From the NCBI GenBank assembly GCA_053919585.1, contig JBSSHM010000338.1: a stretch of DNA of 55,427 nt, one strand, 5' to 3'. The position numbers and the translations under genes were made by a program. Positions 15,601-29,729 of this stretch are shown one piece after another (the first letter of the stretch is position 1; each line of letters opens with the position of its first letter). Source of the DNA: Euprymna scolopes (taxonomy: Eukaryota). The notes beneath the pieces were generated by a model. That model made no database searches and was not told the origin of the DNA. It saw only the letters and a list, made by a program, of their open reading frames with translations.

Positions 15601-18600
15601 AGAGAGATAGAAATAATTATCCAACATTACTTTAGTAGAGAGATAGAAATAATTATCCAACATTACTTTAGTAGAGAGATAGAAATAATTACCCAACATT
15701 ACTTTAGTAGAGAGATAGAAATAATTATCCAACATTACTTTAGTAGAGAGATAGAAATAATTATCCAACATTACTTTAGTAGAGAGATAGAAATAATTAT
15801 CCAACATTACTTTAGTAGAGAGATAGAAATAATTATCCAACATTACTTTAGTAGAGAGATAGAAATAATTATCCAACATTACTTTAGTAGAGAGATAGAA
15901 ATAATTATCCAACATTACTTTAGTAGAGAGATAGAAATAATTACCCAACATTACTTTAGTAGAGAGATAGAAATAATTATCCAACATTACTTTAGTAGAG
16001 AGATAGAAATAATTATCCAACATTACTTTAGTAGAGAGATAGAAATAATTATCCAACATTACTTTAGTAGAGAGATAGAAATAATTATCCAACATTACTT
16101 TAGTAGAGAGATAGAAATAATTATCCAACATTACTTTAGTAGAGAGATAGAAATAATTACCCAACATTACTTTAGTAGAGAGATAGAAATAATTACCCAA
16201 CATTACTTTAGTAGAGAGATAGAAATAATTACCCAACATTACTTTAGTAGAGAGATAGAAATAATTACCCAACATTACTTTAGTAGAGAGATAGAAATAA
16301 TTATCCAACATTACTTTAGTAGAGAGATAGAAATAATTACCCAACATTACTTTAGTAGAGAGATAGAAATAATTACCCAACATTACTTTAGTAGAGAGAT
16401 AGAAATAATTATCCAACATTACTTTAGTAGAGAGATAGAAATAATTATCCAACATTACTTTAGTAGAGAGATAGAAATAATTATCCAACATTACTTTAGT
16501 AGAGAGATAGAAATAATTATCCAACATTACTTTAGTAGAGAGATAGAAATAATTATCCAACATTACTTTAGTAGAGAGATAGAAATAATTATCCAACATT
16601 ACTTTAGTAGAGAGATAGAAATAATTATCCAACATTACTTTAGTAGAGAGATAGAAATAATTATCCATCGCTTACTTTAGTAGAGAGATAGAAATAATTA
16701 TCCAACATTACTTTAGTAGAGAGATAGAAATAATTATCCAACATTACTTTAGTAGAGAGATAGAAATAATTATCCAACATTACTTTAGTAGAGAGATAGA
16801 AATAATTATCCAACATTACTTTAGTAGAGAGATAGAAATAATTATCCAACATTACTTTAGTAGAGAGATAGAAATAATTATCCAACATTACTTTAGTAGA
16901 GAGATAGAAATAATTATCCATCGCTTACTTTAGTAGAGAGATAGAAATAATTATCCAACATTACTTTAGTAGAGAGATAGAAATAATTATCCAACATTAC
17001 TTTAGTAGAGAGATAGAAATAATTATCCAACATTACTTTAGTAGAGAGATAGAAATAATTATCCAACATTACTTTAGTAGAGAGATAGAAATAATTATCC
17101 AACATTACTTTAGTAGAGAGATAGAAATAATTATCCAACATTACTTTAGTAGAGAGATAGAAATAATTATCCAACATTACTTTAGTAGAGAGATAGAAAT
17201 AATTATCCAACATTACTTTAGTAGAGAGATAGAAATAATTATCCAACATTACTTTAGTAGAGAGATAGAAATAATTATCCAACATTACTTTAGTAGAGAG
17301 ATAAAAATAATTATCCAACATTACTTTAGTAGAGAGATAGAAATAATTACCCAACATTACTTTAGTAGAGAGATAGAAATAATTACCCAACATTACTTTA
17401 GTAGAGAGATAGAAATAATTATCCAACATTACTTTAGTAGAGAGATAGAAATAATTACCCAACATTACTTTAGTAGAGAGATAGAAATAATTATCCAACA
17501 TTACTTTAGTAGAGAGATAGAAATAATTATCCAACATTACTTTAGTAGAGAGATAGAAATAATTATCCAACATTACTTTAGTAGAGAGATAGAAATAATT
17601 ATCCAACATTACTTTAGTAGAGAGATAGAAATAATTATCCAACATTACTTTAGTAGAGAGATAGAAATAATTATCCAACATTACTTTAGTAGAGAGATAG
17701 AAATAATTATCCAACATTACTTTAGTAGAGAGATAGAAATAATTATCCAACATTACTTTAGTAGAGAGATAGAAATAATTATCCAACATTACTTTAGTAG
17801 AGAGATAGAAATAATTATCCAACATTACTTTAGTAGAGAGATAGAAATAATTATCCAACATTACTTTAGTAGAGAGATAGAAATAATTATCCAACATTAC
17901 TTTAGTAGAGAGATAGAAATAATTATCCAACATTACTTTAGTAGAGAGACAGAAATAATTATCCAACATTACTTTAGTAGAGAGATAGAAATAATTATCC
18001 ATCGCTTACTTTAGTAGAGAGATAGAAATAATTATCCAACATTACTTTAGTAGAGAGATAGAAATAATTACCCAACATTACTTTAGTAGAGAGATAGAAA
18101 TAATTACCCAACATTACTTTAGTAGAGAGATATAAAATAATTATCCAACATTACTTTAGTAGAGAGATAGAAATAATTATCCAACATTACTTTAGTAGAG
18201 AGATAGAAATAATTATCCAACATTACTTTAGTAGAGAGATAGAAATAATTATCCATCGCTTACTTTAGTAGAGAGATAGAAATAATTACCCAACATTACT
18301 TTAGTAGAGAGATAGAAATAATTATCCAACATTACTTTAGTAGAGAGATAGAAATAATTATCCAACATTACTTTAGTAGAGAGATAGAAATAATTATCCA
18401 ACATTACTTTAGTAGAGAGATAGAAATAATTATCCAACATTACTTTAGTAGAGAGATAGAAATAATTATCCAACATTACTTTAGTAGAGAGATAGAAATA
18501 ATTATCCAACATTACTTTAGTAGAGAGATAGAAATAATTACCCAACATTACTTTAGTAGAGAGATAGAAATAATTACCCAACATTACTTTAGTAGAGAGA

Positions 18601-19580
18601 TAGAAATAATTATCCAACATTACTTTAGTAGAGAGATAGAAATAATTATCCAACATTACTTTAGTAGAGAGATAGAAATAATTATCCAACATTACATTAG
18701 TAGAGAGATAGAAATAATTACCCAACATTACTTTAGTAGAGAGATAGAAATAATTATCCAACATTACTTTAGTAGAGAGATAGAAATAATTATCCAACAT
18801 TACTTTAGTAGAGAGATAGAAATAATTACCCAACATTACTTTAGTAGAGAGATAGAAATAATTATCCAACATTACTTTAGTAGAGAGATAGAAATAATTA
18901 TCCAACATTACTTTAGTAGAGAGATAGAAATAATTATCCAACATTACTTTAGTAGAGAGATAGAAAAAATTATCCAACATTACTTTAGTAGAGAGATAGA
19001 AATAATTACCCAACATTACTTTAGTAGAGAGATAGAAATAATTACCCAACATTACTTTAGTAGAGAGATAGAAATAATTATCCAACATTACTTTAGTAGA
19101 GAGATAGAAATAATTATCCAACATTACTTTAGTAGAGAGATAGAAATAATTATCCAACATTACTTTAGTAGAGAGATAGAAATAATTATCCAACATTACT
19201 TTAGTAGAGAGATAGAAATAATTATCCAACATTACTTTAGTAGAGAGATAGAAATAATTATCCAACATTACTTTAGTAGAGAGATAGAAATAATTATCCA
19301 ACATTACTTTAGTAGAGAGATAGAAATAATTACCCAACATTACTTTAGTAGAGAGATAGAAATAATTACCCAACATTACTTTAGTAGAGAGATAGAAATA
19401 ATTATCCAACATTACTTTAGTAGAGAGATAGAAATAATTATCCAACATTACTTTAGTAGAGAGATAGAAATAATTATCCAACATTACTTTAGTAGAGAGA
19501 TAGAAATAATTATCCAACATTACTTTAGTAGAGAGATAGAAATAATTATCCAACATTACTTTAGTAGAGAGATAGAAATA
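6610..19580. repeat. Higher-order tandem duplication, period 6381 bp (177 monomers), two near-identical copies
   Basis: B units pair at exactly +6381 (7108/13489, 8189/14570, 8730/15111, 9199/15580, 10280/16661, 10533/16914, 11614/17995, 11868/18249). Rare SNVs pair at the same offset (6825/13206, 11569/17950, 12315/18696). Boundaries are approximate. Confidence 0.93.
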
Positions 19581-22500
19581 ATTATCCATCGCTTACTTTA
19601 GTAGAGAGATAGAAATAATTATCCAACATTACTTTAGTAGAGAGATAGAAATAATTATCCAACATTACTTTAGTAGAGAGATAGAAATAATTATCCAACA
19701 TTACTTTAGTAGAGAGATAGAAATAATTATCCAACATTACTTTAGTAGAGAGATAGAAATAATTATCCAACATTACTTTAGTAGAGAGATAGAAATAATT
19801 ATCCATCGCTTACTTTAGTAGAGAGATAGAAATAATTATCCAACATTACTTTAGTAGAGAGATAGAAATAATTATCCAACATTACTTTAGTAGAGAGATA
19901 GAAATAATTACCCAACATTACTTTAGTAGAGAGATAGAAATAATTATCCAACATTACTTTAGTAGAGAGATAGAAATAATTATCCAACATTACTTTAGTA
20001 GAGAGATAGAAATAATTATCCAACATTACTTTAGTAGAGAGATAGAAATAATTATCCAACATTACTTTAGTAGAGAGATAGAAATAATTATCCAACATTA
20101 CTTTAGTAGAGAGATAGAAATAATTATCCAACATTACTTTAGTAGAGAGATAGAAATAATTACCCAACATTACTTTAGTAGAGAGATAGAAATAATTTCC
20201 CAACATTACTTTAGTAGAGAGATAGAAATAATTATCCAACATTACTTTAGTAGAGAGATAGAAATAATTATCCAACATTACTTTAGTAGAGAGATAGAAA
20301 TAATTATCCAACATTACTTTAGTAGAGAGATAGAAATAATTATCCAACATTACTTTAGTAGAGAGATAGAAATAATTATCCAACATTACTTTAGTAGAGA
20401 GATAGAAATAATTATCCAACATTACTTTAGTAGAGAGATAGAAATAATTATCCAACATTACTTTAGTAGAGAGATAGAAATAATTATCCATCGCTTACTT
20501 TAGTAGAGAGATAAAAATAATTATCCAACATTACTTTAGTAGAGAGATAGAAATAATTATCCAACATTACTTTAGTAGAGAGATAGAAATAATTATCCAA
20601 CATTACTTTAGTAGAGAGATAGAAATAATTATCCAACATTACTTTAGTAGAGAGATAGAAATAATTATCCAACATTACTTTAGTAGAGAGATAGAAATAA
20701 TTATCCAACATTACTTTAGTAGAGAGATAGAAATAATTACCCAACATTACTTTAGTAGAGAGATAGAAATAATTACCCAACATTACTTTAGTAGAGAGAT
20801 AGAAATAATTATCCAACATTACTTTAGTAGAGAGATAGAAATAATTACCCAACATTACTTTAGTAGAGAGATAGAAATAATTACCCAACATTACTTTAGT
20901 AGAGAGATAGAAATAATTACCCAACATTACTTTAGTAGAGAGATAGAAATAATTACCCAACATTACTTTAGTAGAGAGATAGAAATAATTACCCAACATT
21001 ACTTTAGTAGAGAGATAGAAACAATTACCCAACATTACTTTAGTAGAGAGATAGAAATAATTACCCAACATTACTTTAGTAGAGAGATAGAAATAATTAC
21101 CCAACATTACTTTAGTAGAGAGATAGAAATAATTATCCAACATTACTTTAGTAGAGAGATAGAAATAATTACCCAACATTACTTTAGTAGAGAGATAGAA
21201 ATAATTACCCAACATTACTTTAGTAGAGAGATAGAAATAATTATCCAACATTACTTTAGTAGAGAGATAGAAATAATTATCCAACATTACTTTAGTAGAG
21301 AGATAGAAATAATTATCCAACATTACTTTAGTAGAGAGATAGAAATAATTATCCAACATTACTTTAGTAGAGAGATAGTAATAATTATCCAACATTACTT
21401 TAGTAGAGAGATAGAAATAATTATCCAACATTACTTTAGTAGAGAGATAGAAATAATTATCCAACATTACTTTAGTAGAGAGATAGAAATAATTATCCAA
21501 CATTACTTTAGTAGAGAGATAGAAATAATTATCCATCGCTTACTTTAGTAGAGAGATAGAAATAATTATCCAACATTACTTTAGTAGAGAGATAGAAATA
21601 ATTATCCAACATTACTTTAGTAGAGAGATAGAAATAATTATCCAACATTACTTTAGTAGAGAGATAGAAATAATTATCCAACATTACTTTAGTAGAGAGA
21701 TAGAAATAATTATCCAACATTACTTTAGTAGAGAGATAGAAATAATTATCCATCGCTTATTTTAGTAGAGAGATAGAAATAATTATCCAACATTACTTTA
21801 GTAGAGAGATAGAAATAATTATCCAACATTACTTTAGTAGAGAGATAGAAATAATTACCCAACATTACTTTAGTAGAGAGATAGAAATAATTATCCAACA
21901 TTACTTTAGTAGAGAGATAGAAATAATTATCCAACATTACTTTAGTAGAGAGATAGAAATAATTATCCAACATTACTTTAGTAGAGAGATAGAAATAATT
22001 ATCCAACATTACTTTAGTAGAGAGATAGAAATAATTATCCAACATTACTTTAGTAGAGAGATAGAAATAATTATCCAACATTACTTTAGTAGAGAGATAG
22101 AAATAATTACCCAACATTACTTTAGTAGAGAGATAGAAATAATTACCCAACATTACTTTAGTAGAGAGATAGAAATAATTATCCAACATTACTTTAGTAG
22201 AGAGATAGAAATAATTATCCAACATTACTTTAGTAGAGAGATAGAAATAATTATCCAACATTACTTTAGTAGAGAGATAGAAATAATTATCCAACATTAC
22301 TTTAGTAGAGAGATAGAAATAATTATCCAACATTACATTAGTAGAGAGATAGAAATAATTATCCAACATTACTTTAGTAGAGAGATAGAAATAATTATCC
22401 AACATTACTTTAGTAGAGAGATAGAAATAATTATCCATCGCTTACTTTAGTAGAGAGATAAAAATAATTATCCAACATTACTTTAGTAGAGAGATAGAAA

Positions 22501-23400
22501 TAATTATCCAACATTACTTTAGTAGAGAGATAGAAATAATTATCCAACATTACTTTAGTAGAGAGATAGAAATAATTATCCAACATTACTTTAGTAGAGA
22601 GATAGAAATAATTATCCAACATTACTTTAGTAGAGAGATAGAAATAATTATCCAACATTACTTTAGTAGAGAGATAGAAATAATTACCCAACATTACTTT
22701 AGTAGAGAGATAGAAATAATTACCCAACATTACTTTAGTAGAGAGATAGAAATAATTATCCAACATTACTTTAGTAGAGAGATAGAAATAATTACCCAAC
22801 ATTACTTTAGTAGAGAGATAGAAATAATTACCCAACATTACTTTAGTAGAGAGATAGAAATAATTACCCAACATTACTTTAGTAGAGAGATAGAAATAAT
22901 TACCCAACATTACTTTAGTAGAGAGATAGAAATAATTACCCAACATTACTTTAGTAGAGAGATAGAAACAATTACCCAACATTACTTTAGTAGAGAGATA
23001 GAAATAATTACCCAACATTACTTTAGTAGAGAGATAGAAATAATTACCCAACATTACTTTAGTAGAGAGATAGAAATAATTATCCAACATTACTTTAGTA
23101 GAGAGATAGAAATAATTACCCAACATTACTTTAGTAGAGAGATAGAAATAATTACCCAACATTACTTTAGTAGAGAGATAGAAATAATTATCCAACATTA
23201 CTTTAGTAGAGAGATAGTAATAATTATCCAACATTACTTTAGTAGAGAGATAGAAATAATTATCCAACATTACTTTAGTAGAGAGATAGAAATAATTATC
23301 CAACATTACTTTAGTAGAGAGATAGAAATAATTATCCAACATTACTTTAGTAGAGAGATAGAAATAATTATCCATCGCTTACTTTAGTAGAGAGATAGAA
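19575..23400. repeat. Higher-order tandem duplication, period 1947 bp (54 monomers); second copy lacks 3 monomers
   Basis: B units 19582/21529, 19799/21746, 20484/22431 and SNV GAAACAATT 21022/22969 pair at +1947. SNV GTAATAATT 21379/23218 pairs at +1839 (1947-108). Confidence 0.9.
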
Positions 23401-26400
23401 ATAATTATCCAACATTACTTTAGTAGAGAGATAGAAATAATTATCCAACATTACTTTAGTAGAGAGATAGAAATAATTATCCATCGCTTACTTTAGTAGA
23501 GAGATAGAAATAATTATCCAACATTACTTTAGTAGAGAGATAGAAATAATTATCCAACATTACTTTAGTAGAGAGATAGAAATAATTATCCAACATTACT
23601 TTAGTAGAGAGATAGAAATAATTATCCAACATTACTTTAGTAGAGAGATAGAAATAATTATCCAACATTACTTTAGTAGAGAGATAGAAATAATTATCCA
23701 ACATTACTTTAGTAGAGAGATAGAAATAATTATCCAACATTACTTTAGTAGAGAGATAGAAATAATTATCCAACATTACTTTAGTAGAGAGATAGAAATA
23801 ATTATCCAACATTACTTTAGTAGAGAGATAGAAATAATTATCCAACATTACTTTAGTAGAGAGATAGAAATAATTATCCAACATTACTTTAGTAGAGAGA
23901 TAGAAATAATTATCCAACATTACTTTAGTAGAGAGATAGAAATAATTATCCAACATTACTTTAGTAGAGAGATAGAAATAATTATCCAACATTACTTTAG
24001 TAGAGAGATAGAAATAATTATCCAACATTACTTTAGTAGAGAGATAGAAATAATTATCCAACATTACTTTAGTAGAGAGATAGAAATAATTATCCAACAT
24101 TACTTTAGTAGAGAGATAGAAATAATTATCCAACATTACTTTAGTAGAGAGATAGAAATAATTATCCAACATTACTTTAGTAGAGAGATAGAAATAATTA
24201 TCCAACATTACTTTAGTAGAGAGATAGAAATAATTATCCAACATTACTTTAGTAGAGAGATAGAAATAATTATCCAACATTACTTTAGTAGAGAGATAGA
24301 AATAATTATCCAACATTACTTTAGTAGAGAGATAGAAATAATTATCCATCGCTTACTTTAGTAGAGAGATAGAAATAATTACCCAACATTACTTTAGTAG
24401 AGAGATAGAAATAATTATCCAACATTACTTTAGTAGAAAGATAGAAATAATTATCCAAAATTACTTTAGTAGAGAGATAGAAATAATTATCCAACATTAC
24501 TTTAGTAGAGAGATAGAAATAATTATCCATCGCTTACTTTAGTAGAGAGATAGAAATAATTACCCAACATTACTTTAGTAGAGAGTTAGAAATAATTATC
24601 CAACATTACTTTAGTAGAGAGATAGAAATAATTACCCAACATTACTTTAGTAGAGAGATAGAAATAATTATCCAACATTACTTTAGTAGAGAGATGGAAA
24701 TAATTATCCAACATTACTTTAGTAGAGAGATAGAAATAATTATCCAACATTACTTTAGTAGAGAGATAGAAATAATTATCCAACATTACTTTAGTAGAGA
24801 GATAGAAATAATTATCCAACATTACTTTAGTAGAGAGATAGAAATAATTATCCAACATTACTTTAGTAGAGAGATAGAAATAATTATCCAACATTACTTT
24901 AGTAGAGAGATAGAAATAATTACCCAACATTACTTTAGTAGAGAGATAGAAATAATTACCCAACATTACTTTAGTAGAGAGATAGAAATAATTATCCAAC
25001 ATTACTTTAGTAGAGAGATAGAAATAATTATCCAACATTACTTTAGTAGAGAGATAGAAATAATTATCCAACATTACTTTAGAAGAGAGATAGAAATAAT
25101 TATCCAACATTACTTTAGTAGAGAGATAGAAATAATTATCCAACATTACTTTAGTAGAGAGATAGAAATAATTATCCAACATTACTTTAGTAGAGAGATA
25201 GAAATAATTACCCAACATTACTTTAGTAGAGAGATAGAAATAATTATCCAACATTACTTTAGTAGAGAGATAGAAATAATTATCCAACATTACTTTAGTA
25301 GAGAGATAGAAATAATTATCCAACATTACTTTAGTAGAGAGATAGAAATAATTATCCAACATTACTTTAGTAGAGAGATAGAAATAATTATCCAACATTA
25401 CTTTAGTAGAGAGATAGAAATAATTATCCAACATTACTTTAGTAGAGAGATAGAAATAATTATCCAACATTACTTTAGTAGAGAGATAGAAATAATTATC
25501 CAACATTACTTTAGTAGAGAGATAGAAATAATTATCCAACATTACTTTAGTAGAGAGATAGAAATAATTATCCAACATTACTTTAGTAGAGAGATAGAAA
25601 TAATTATCCAACATTACTTTAGTAGAGAGATAGAAATAATTATCCAACATTACTTTAGTAGAGAGTTAGAAATAATTATCCAACATTACTTTAGTAGAGA
25701 GATAGAAATAATTATCCAACATTACTTTAGTAGAGAGATAGAAATAATTATCCAACATTACTTTAGTAGAGAGATAGAAATAATTATCCAACATTACTTT
25801 AGTAGAGAGATAGAAATAATTATCCAACATTACTTTAGTAGAGAGATAGAAATAATTATCCAACATTACTTTAGTAGAGAGATAGAAATAATTATCCAAC
25901 ATTACTTTAGTAGAGAGATAGAAATAATTATCCAACATTACTTTAGTAGAGAGATAGAAATAATTATCCAACATTACTTTAGTAGAGAGATAGAAATAAT
26001 TACCCAACATTACTTTAGTAGAGAGATAGAAATAATTATCCAACATTACTTTAGTAGAGAGATAGAAATAATTATCCAACATTACTTTAGTAGAGAGATA
26101 GAAATAATTATCCAACATTACTTTAGTAGAGAGATAGAAATAATTATCCAACATTACTTTAGTAGAGAGATAGAAATAATTATCCAACATTACTTTAGTA
26201 GAGAGATAGAAATAATTATCCAACATTACTTTAGTAGAGAGATAGAAATAATTATCCAACATTACTTTAGTAGAGAGATAGAAATAATTATCCAACATTA
26301 CTTTAGTAGAGAGATAGAAATAATTATCCAACATTACTTTAGTAGAGAGATAGAAATAATTATCCAACATTACTTTAGTAGAGAGATAGAAATAATTATC

Positions 26401-29400
26401 CAACATTACTTTAGTAGAGAGATAGAAATAATTATCCAACATTACTTTAGTAGAGAGATAGAAATAATTATCCAACATTACTTTAGTAGAGAGATAGAAA
26501 TAATTATCCAACATTACTTTAGTAGAGAGATAGAAATAATTATCCAACATTACTTTAGTAGAGAGATAGAAATAATTATCCAACATTACTTTAGTAGAGA
26601 GATAGAAATAATTATCCAACATTACTTTAGTAGAGAGATAGAAATAATTATCCAACATTACTTTAGTAGAGAGATAGAAATAATTATCCAACATTACTTT
26701 AGTAGAGAGATAGAAATAATTACCCAACATTACTTTAGTAGAGAGATAGAAATAATTACCCAACATTACTTTAGTAGAGAGATAGAAATAATTATCCAAC
26801 ATTACTTTAGTAGAGAGATAGAAATAATTATCCAACATTACTTTAGTAGAGCGATAGAAATAATTATCCAACATTACTTTAGTAGAGAGATAGAAATAAT
26901 TATCCAACATTACTTTAGTAGAGAGATAGAAATAATTATCCAACATTACTTTAGTAGAGAGATAGAAATAATTATCCAACATTACTTTAGTAGAGAGATA
27001 GAAATAATTATCCAACATTACTTTAGTAGAGAGATAGAAATAATTATCCAACATTACTTTAGTAGAGAGATAGAAATAATTATCCAACATTACTTTAGTA
27101 GAGAGATAGAAATAATTATCCAACATTACTTTAGTAGAGAGATAGAAATAATTATCCAACATTACTTTAGTAGAGAGATAGAAATAATTATCCAACATTA
27201 CTTTAGTAGAGAGATAGAAATAATTATCCAACATTACTTTAGTAGAGAGATAGAAATAATTATCCAACATTACTTTAGTAGAGAGATAGAAATAATTATC
27301 CAACATTACTTTAGTAGAGAGATAGAAATAATTATCCAACATTACTTTAGTAGAGAGATAGAAATAATTATCCAACATTACTTTAGTAGAGAGATAGAAA
27401 TAATTATCCAACATTACTTTAGTAGAGAGATAGAAATAATTATCCAACATTTCTTTAGTAGAGAGATAGAAATAATTATCCAACATTACTTTAGTAGAGA
27501 GATAGAAATAATTATCCAACATTACTTTAGTAGAGAGATAGAAATAATTATCCCACATTACTTTAGTAGAGAGATAGAAATAATTATCCAACATTACTTT
27601 AGTAGAGAGATAGAAATAATTACCCAACATTACTTTAGTAGAGAGATAGAAATAATTACCCAACATTACTTTAGTAGAGAGATAGAAATAATTATCCAAC
27701 ATTACTTTAGTAGAGAGATAGAAATAATTATCCAACATTACTTTAGTAGAGAGATAGAAATAATTATCCAACATTACTTTAGTAGAGAGATAGAAATAAT
27801 TATCCAACATTACTTTAGTAGAGAGATAGAAATAATTATCCAACATTTTTTAGTAGAGAGATAGAAATAATTATCCAACATTACTTTAGTAGAGAGATAG
27901 AAATAATTATCCAACATTACTTTAGTAGAGAGATAGAAATAATTATCCAACATTACTTTAGTAGAGAGATAGAAATAATTATCCAACATTACTTTAGTAG
28001 AGAGATAGAAATAATTATCCAACATTACTTTAGTAGAGAGATAGAAATAATTATCCAACATTACTTTAGTAGAGAGATAGAAATAATTATCCAACATTAC
28101 TTTAGTAGAGAGATAGAAATAATTATCCATCGCTTACTTTAGTAGAGAGATAGAAATAATTATCCAACATTACTTTAGTAGAGAGATAGAAATAATTACC
28201 CAACATTACTTTAGTAGAGAGATAGAAATAATTACCCAACATAACTTTAGTAGAGAGATAGAAATAATTATCCAACATTACTTTAGTAGAGAGATAGAAA
28301 TAATTATCCAACATTACTTTAGTAGAGAGATAGAAATAATTATCCAACATTACTTTAGTAGAGAGATAGAAATAATTATCAAACATTACTTTAGTAGAGA
28401 GATAGAAATAATTATCCAACATTACTTTAGTAGAGAGATAGAAATAATTATCCAACATTACTTTAGTAGAGAGATAGAAATAATTATCCAACATTACTTT
28501 AGTAGAGAGATAGAAATAATTATCCATCGCTTACTTTAGTAGAGAGATAGAAATAATTATCCAACATTACTTTAGTAGAGAGATAGAAATAATTACCCAA
28601 CATTACTTTAGTAGAGAGATAGAAATAATTATCCAACATTACTTTAGTAGAGAGATATAAAATAATTATCCAACATTACTTTAGTAGAGAGATAGAAATA
28701 ATTATCCAACATTACTTTAGTAGAGAGATAGAAATAATTATCCAACATTACTTTAGTAGAGAGATAGAAATAATTATCCATCGCTTACTTTAGTAGAGAG
28801 ATAGAAATAATTACCCAACATTACTTTAGTAGAGAGATAGAAATAATTATCCAACATTACTTTAGTAGAAAGATAGAAATAATTATCCAAAATTACTTTA
28901 GTAGAGAGATAGAAATAATTATCCAACATTACTTTAGTAGAGAGATAGAAATAATTATCCATCGCTTACTTTAGTAGAGAGATAGAAATAATTACCCAAC
29001 ATTACTTTAGTAGAGAGTTAGAAATAATTATCCAACATTACTTTAGTAGAGAGATAGAAATAATTACCCAACATTACTTTAGTAGAGAGATAGAAATAAT
29101 TATCCAACATTACTTTAGTAGAGAGATAGAAATAATTATCCAACATTACTTTAGTAGAGAGATAGAAATAATTATCCAACATTACTTTAGTAGAGAGATA
29201 GAAATAATTATCCAACATTACTTTAGTAGAGAGATAGAAATAATTATCCAACATTACTTTAGTAGAGAGATAGAAATAATTATCCAACATTACTTTAGTA
29301 GAGAGATAGAAATAATTATCCAACATTACTTTAGTAGAGAGATAGAAATAATTACCCAACATTACTTTAGTAGAGAGATAGAAATAATTACCCAACATTA

Positions 29401-29729
29401 CTTTAGTAGAGAGATAGAAATAATTATCCAACATTACTTTAGTAGAGAGATAGAAATAATTATCCAACATTACTTTAGTAGAGAGATAGAAATAATTATC
29501 CAACATTACTTTAGTAGAGAGATAGAAATAATTATCCAACATTACTTTAGTAGAGAGATAGAAATAATTATCCAACATTACTTTAGTAGAGAGATAGAAA
29601 TAATTATCCAACATTACTTTAGTAGAGAGATAGAAATAATTATCCAACATTACTTTAGTAGAGAGATAGAAATAATTATCCAACATTACTTTAGTAGAGA
29701 GATAGAAATAATTATCCAACATTACTTTA

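Noticed and set aside
24694-27864. 1056-aa plus-strand ORF (EIIIQHYFSREI)n
   Set aside because: It is called only because one A->G SNV creates an ATG at 24694. The same frame is open without a start throughout the array.
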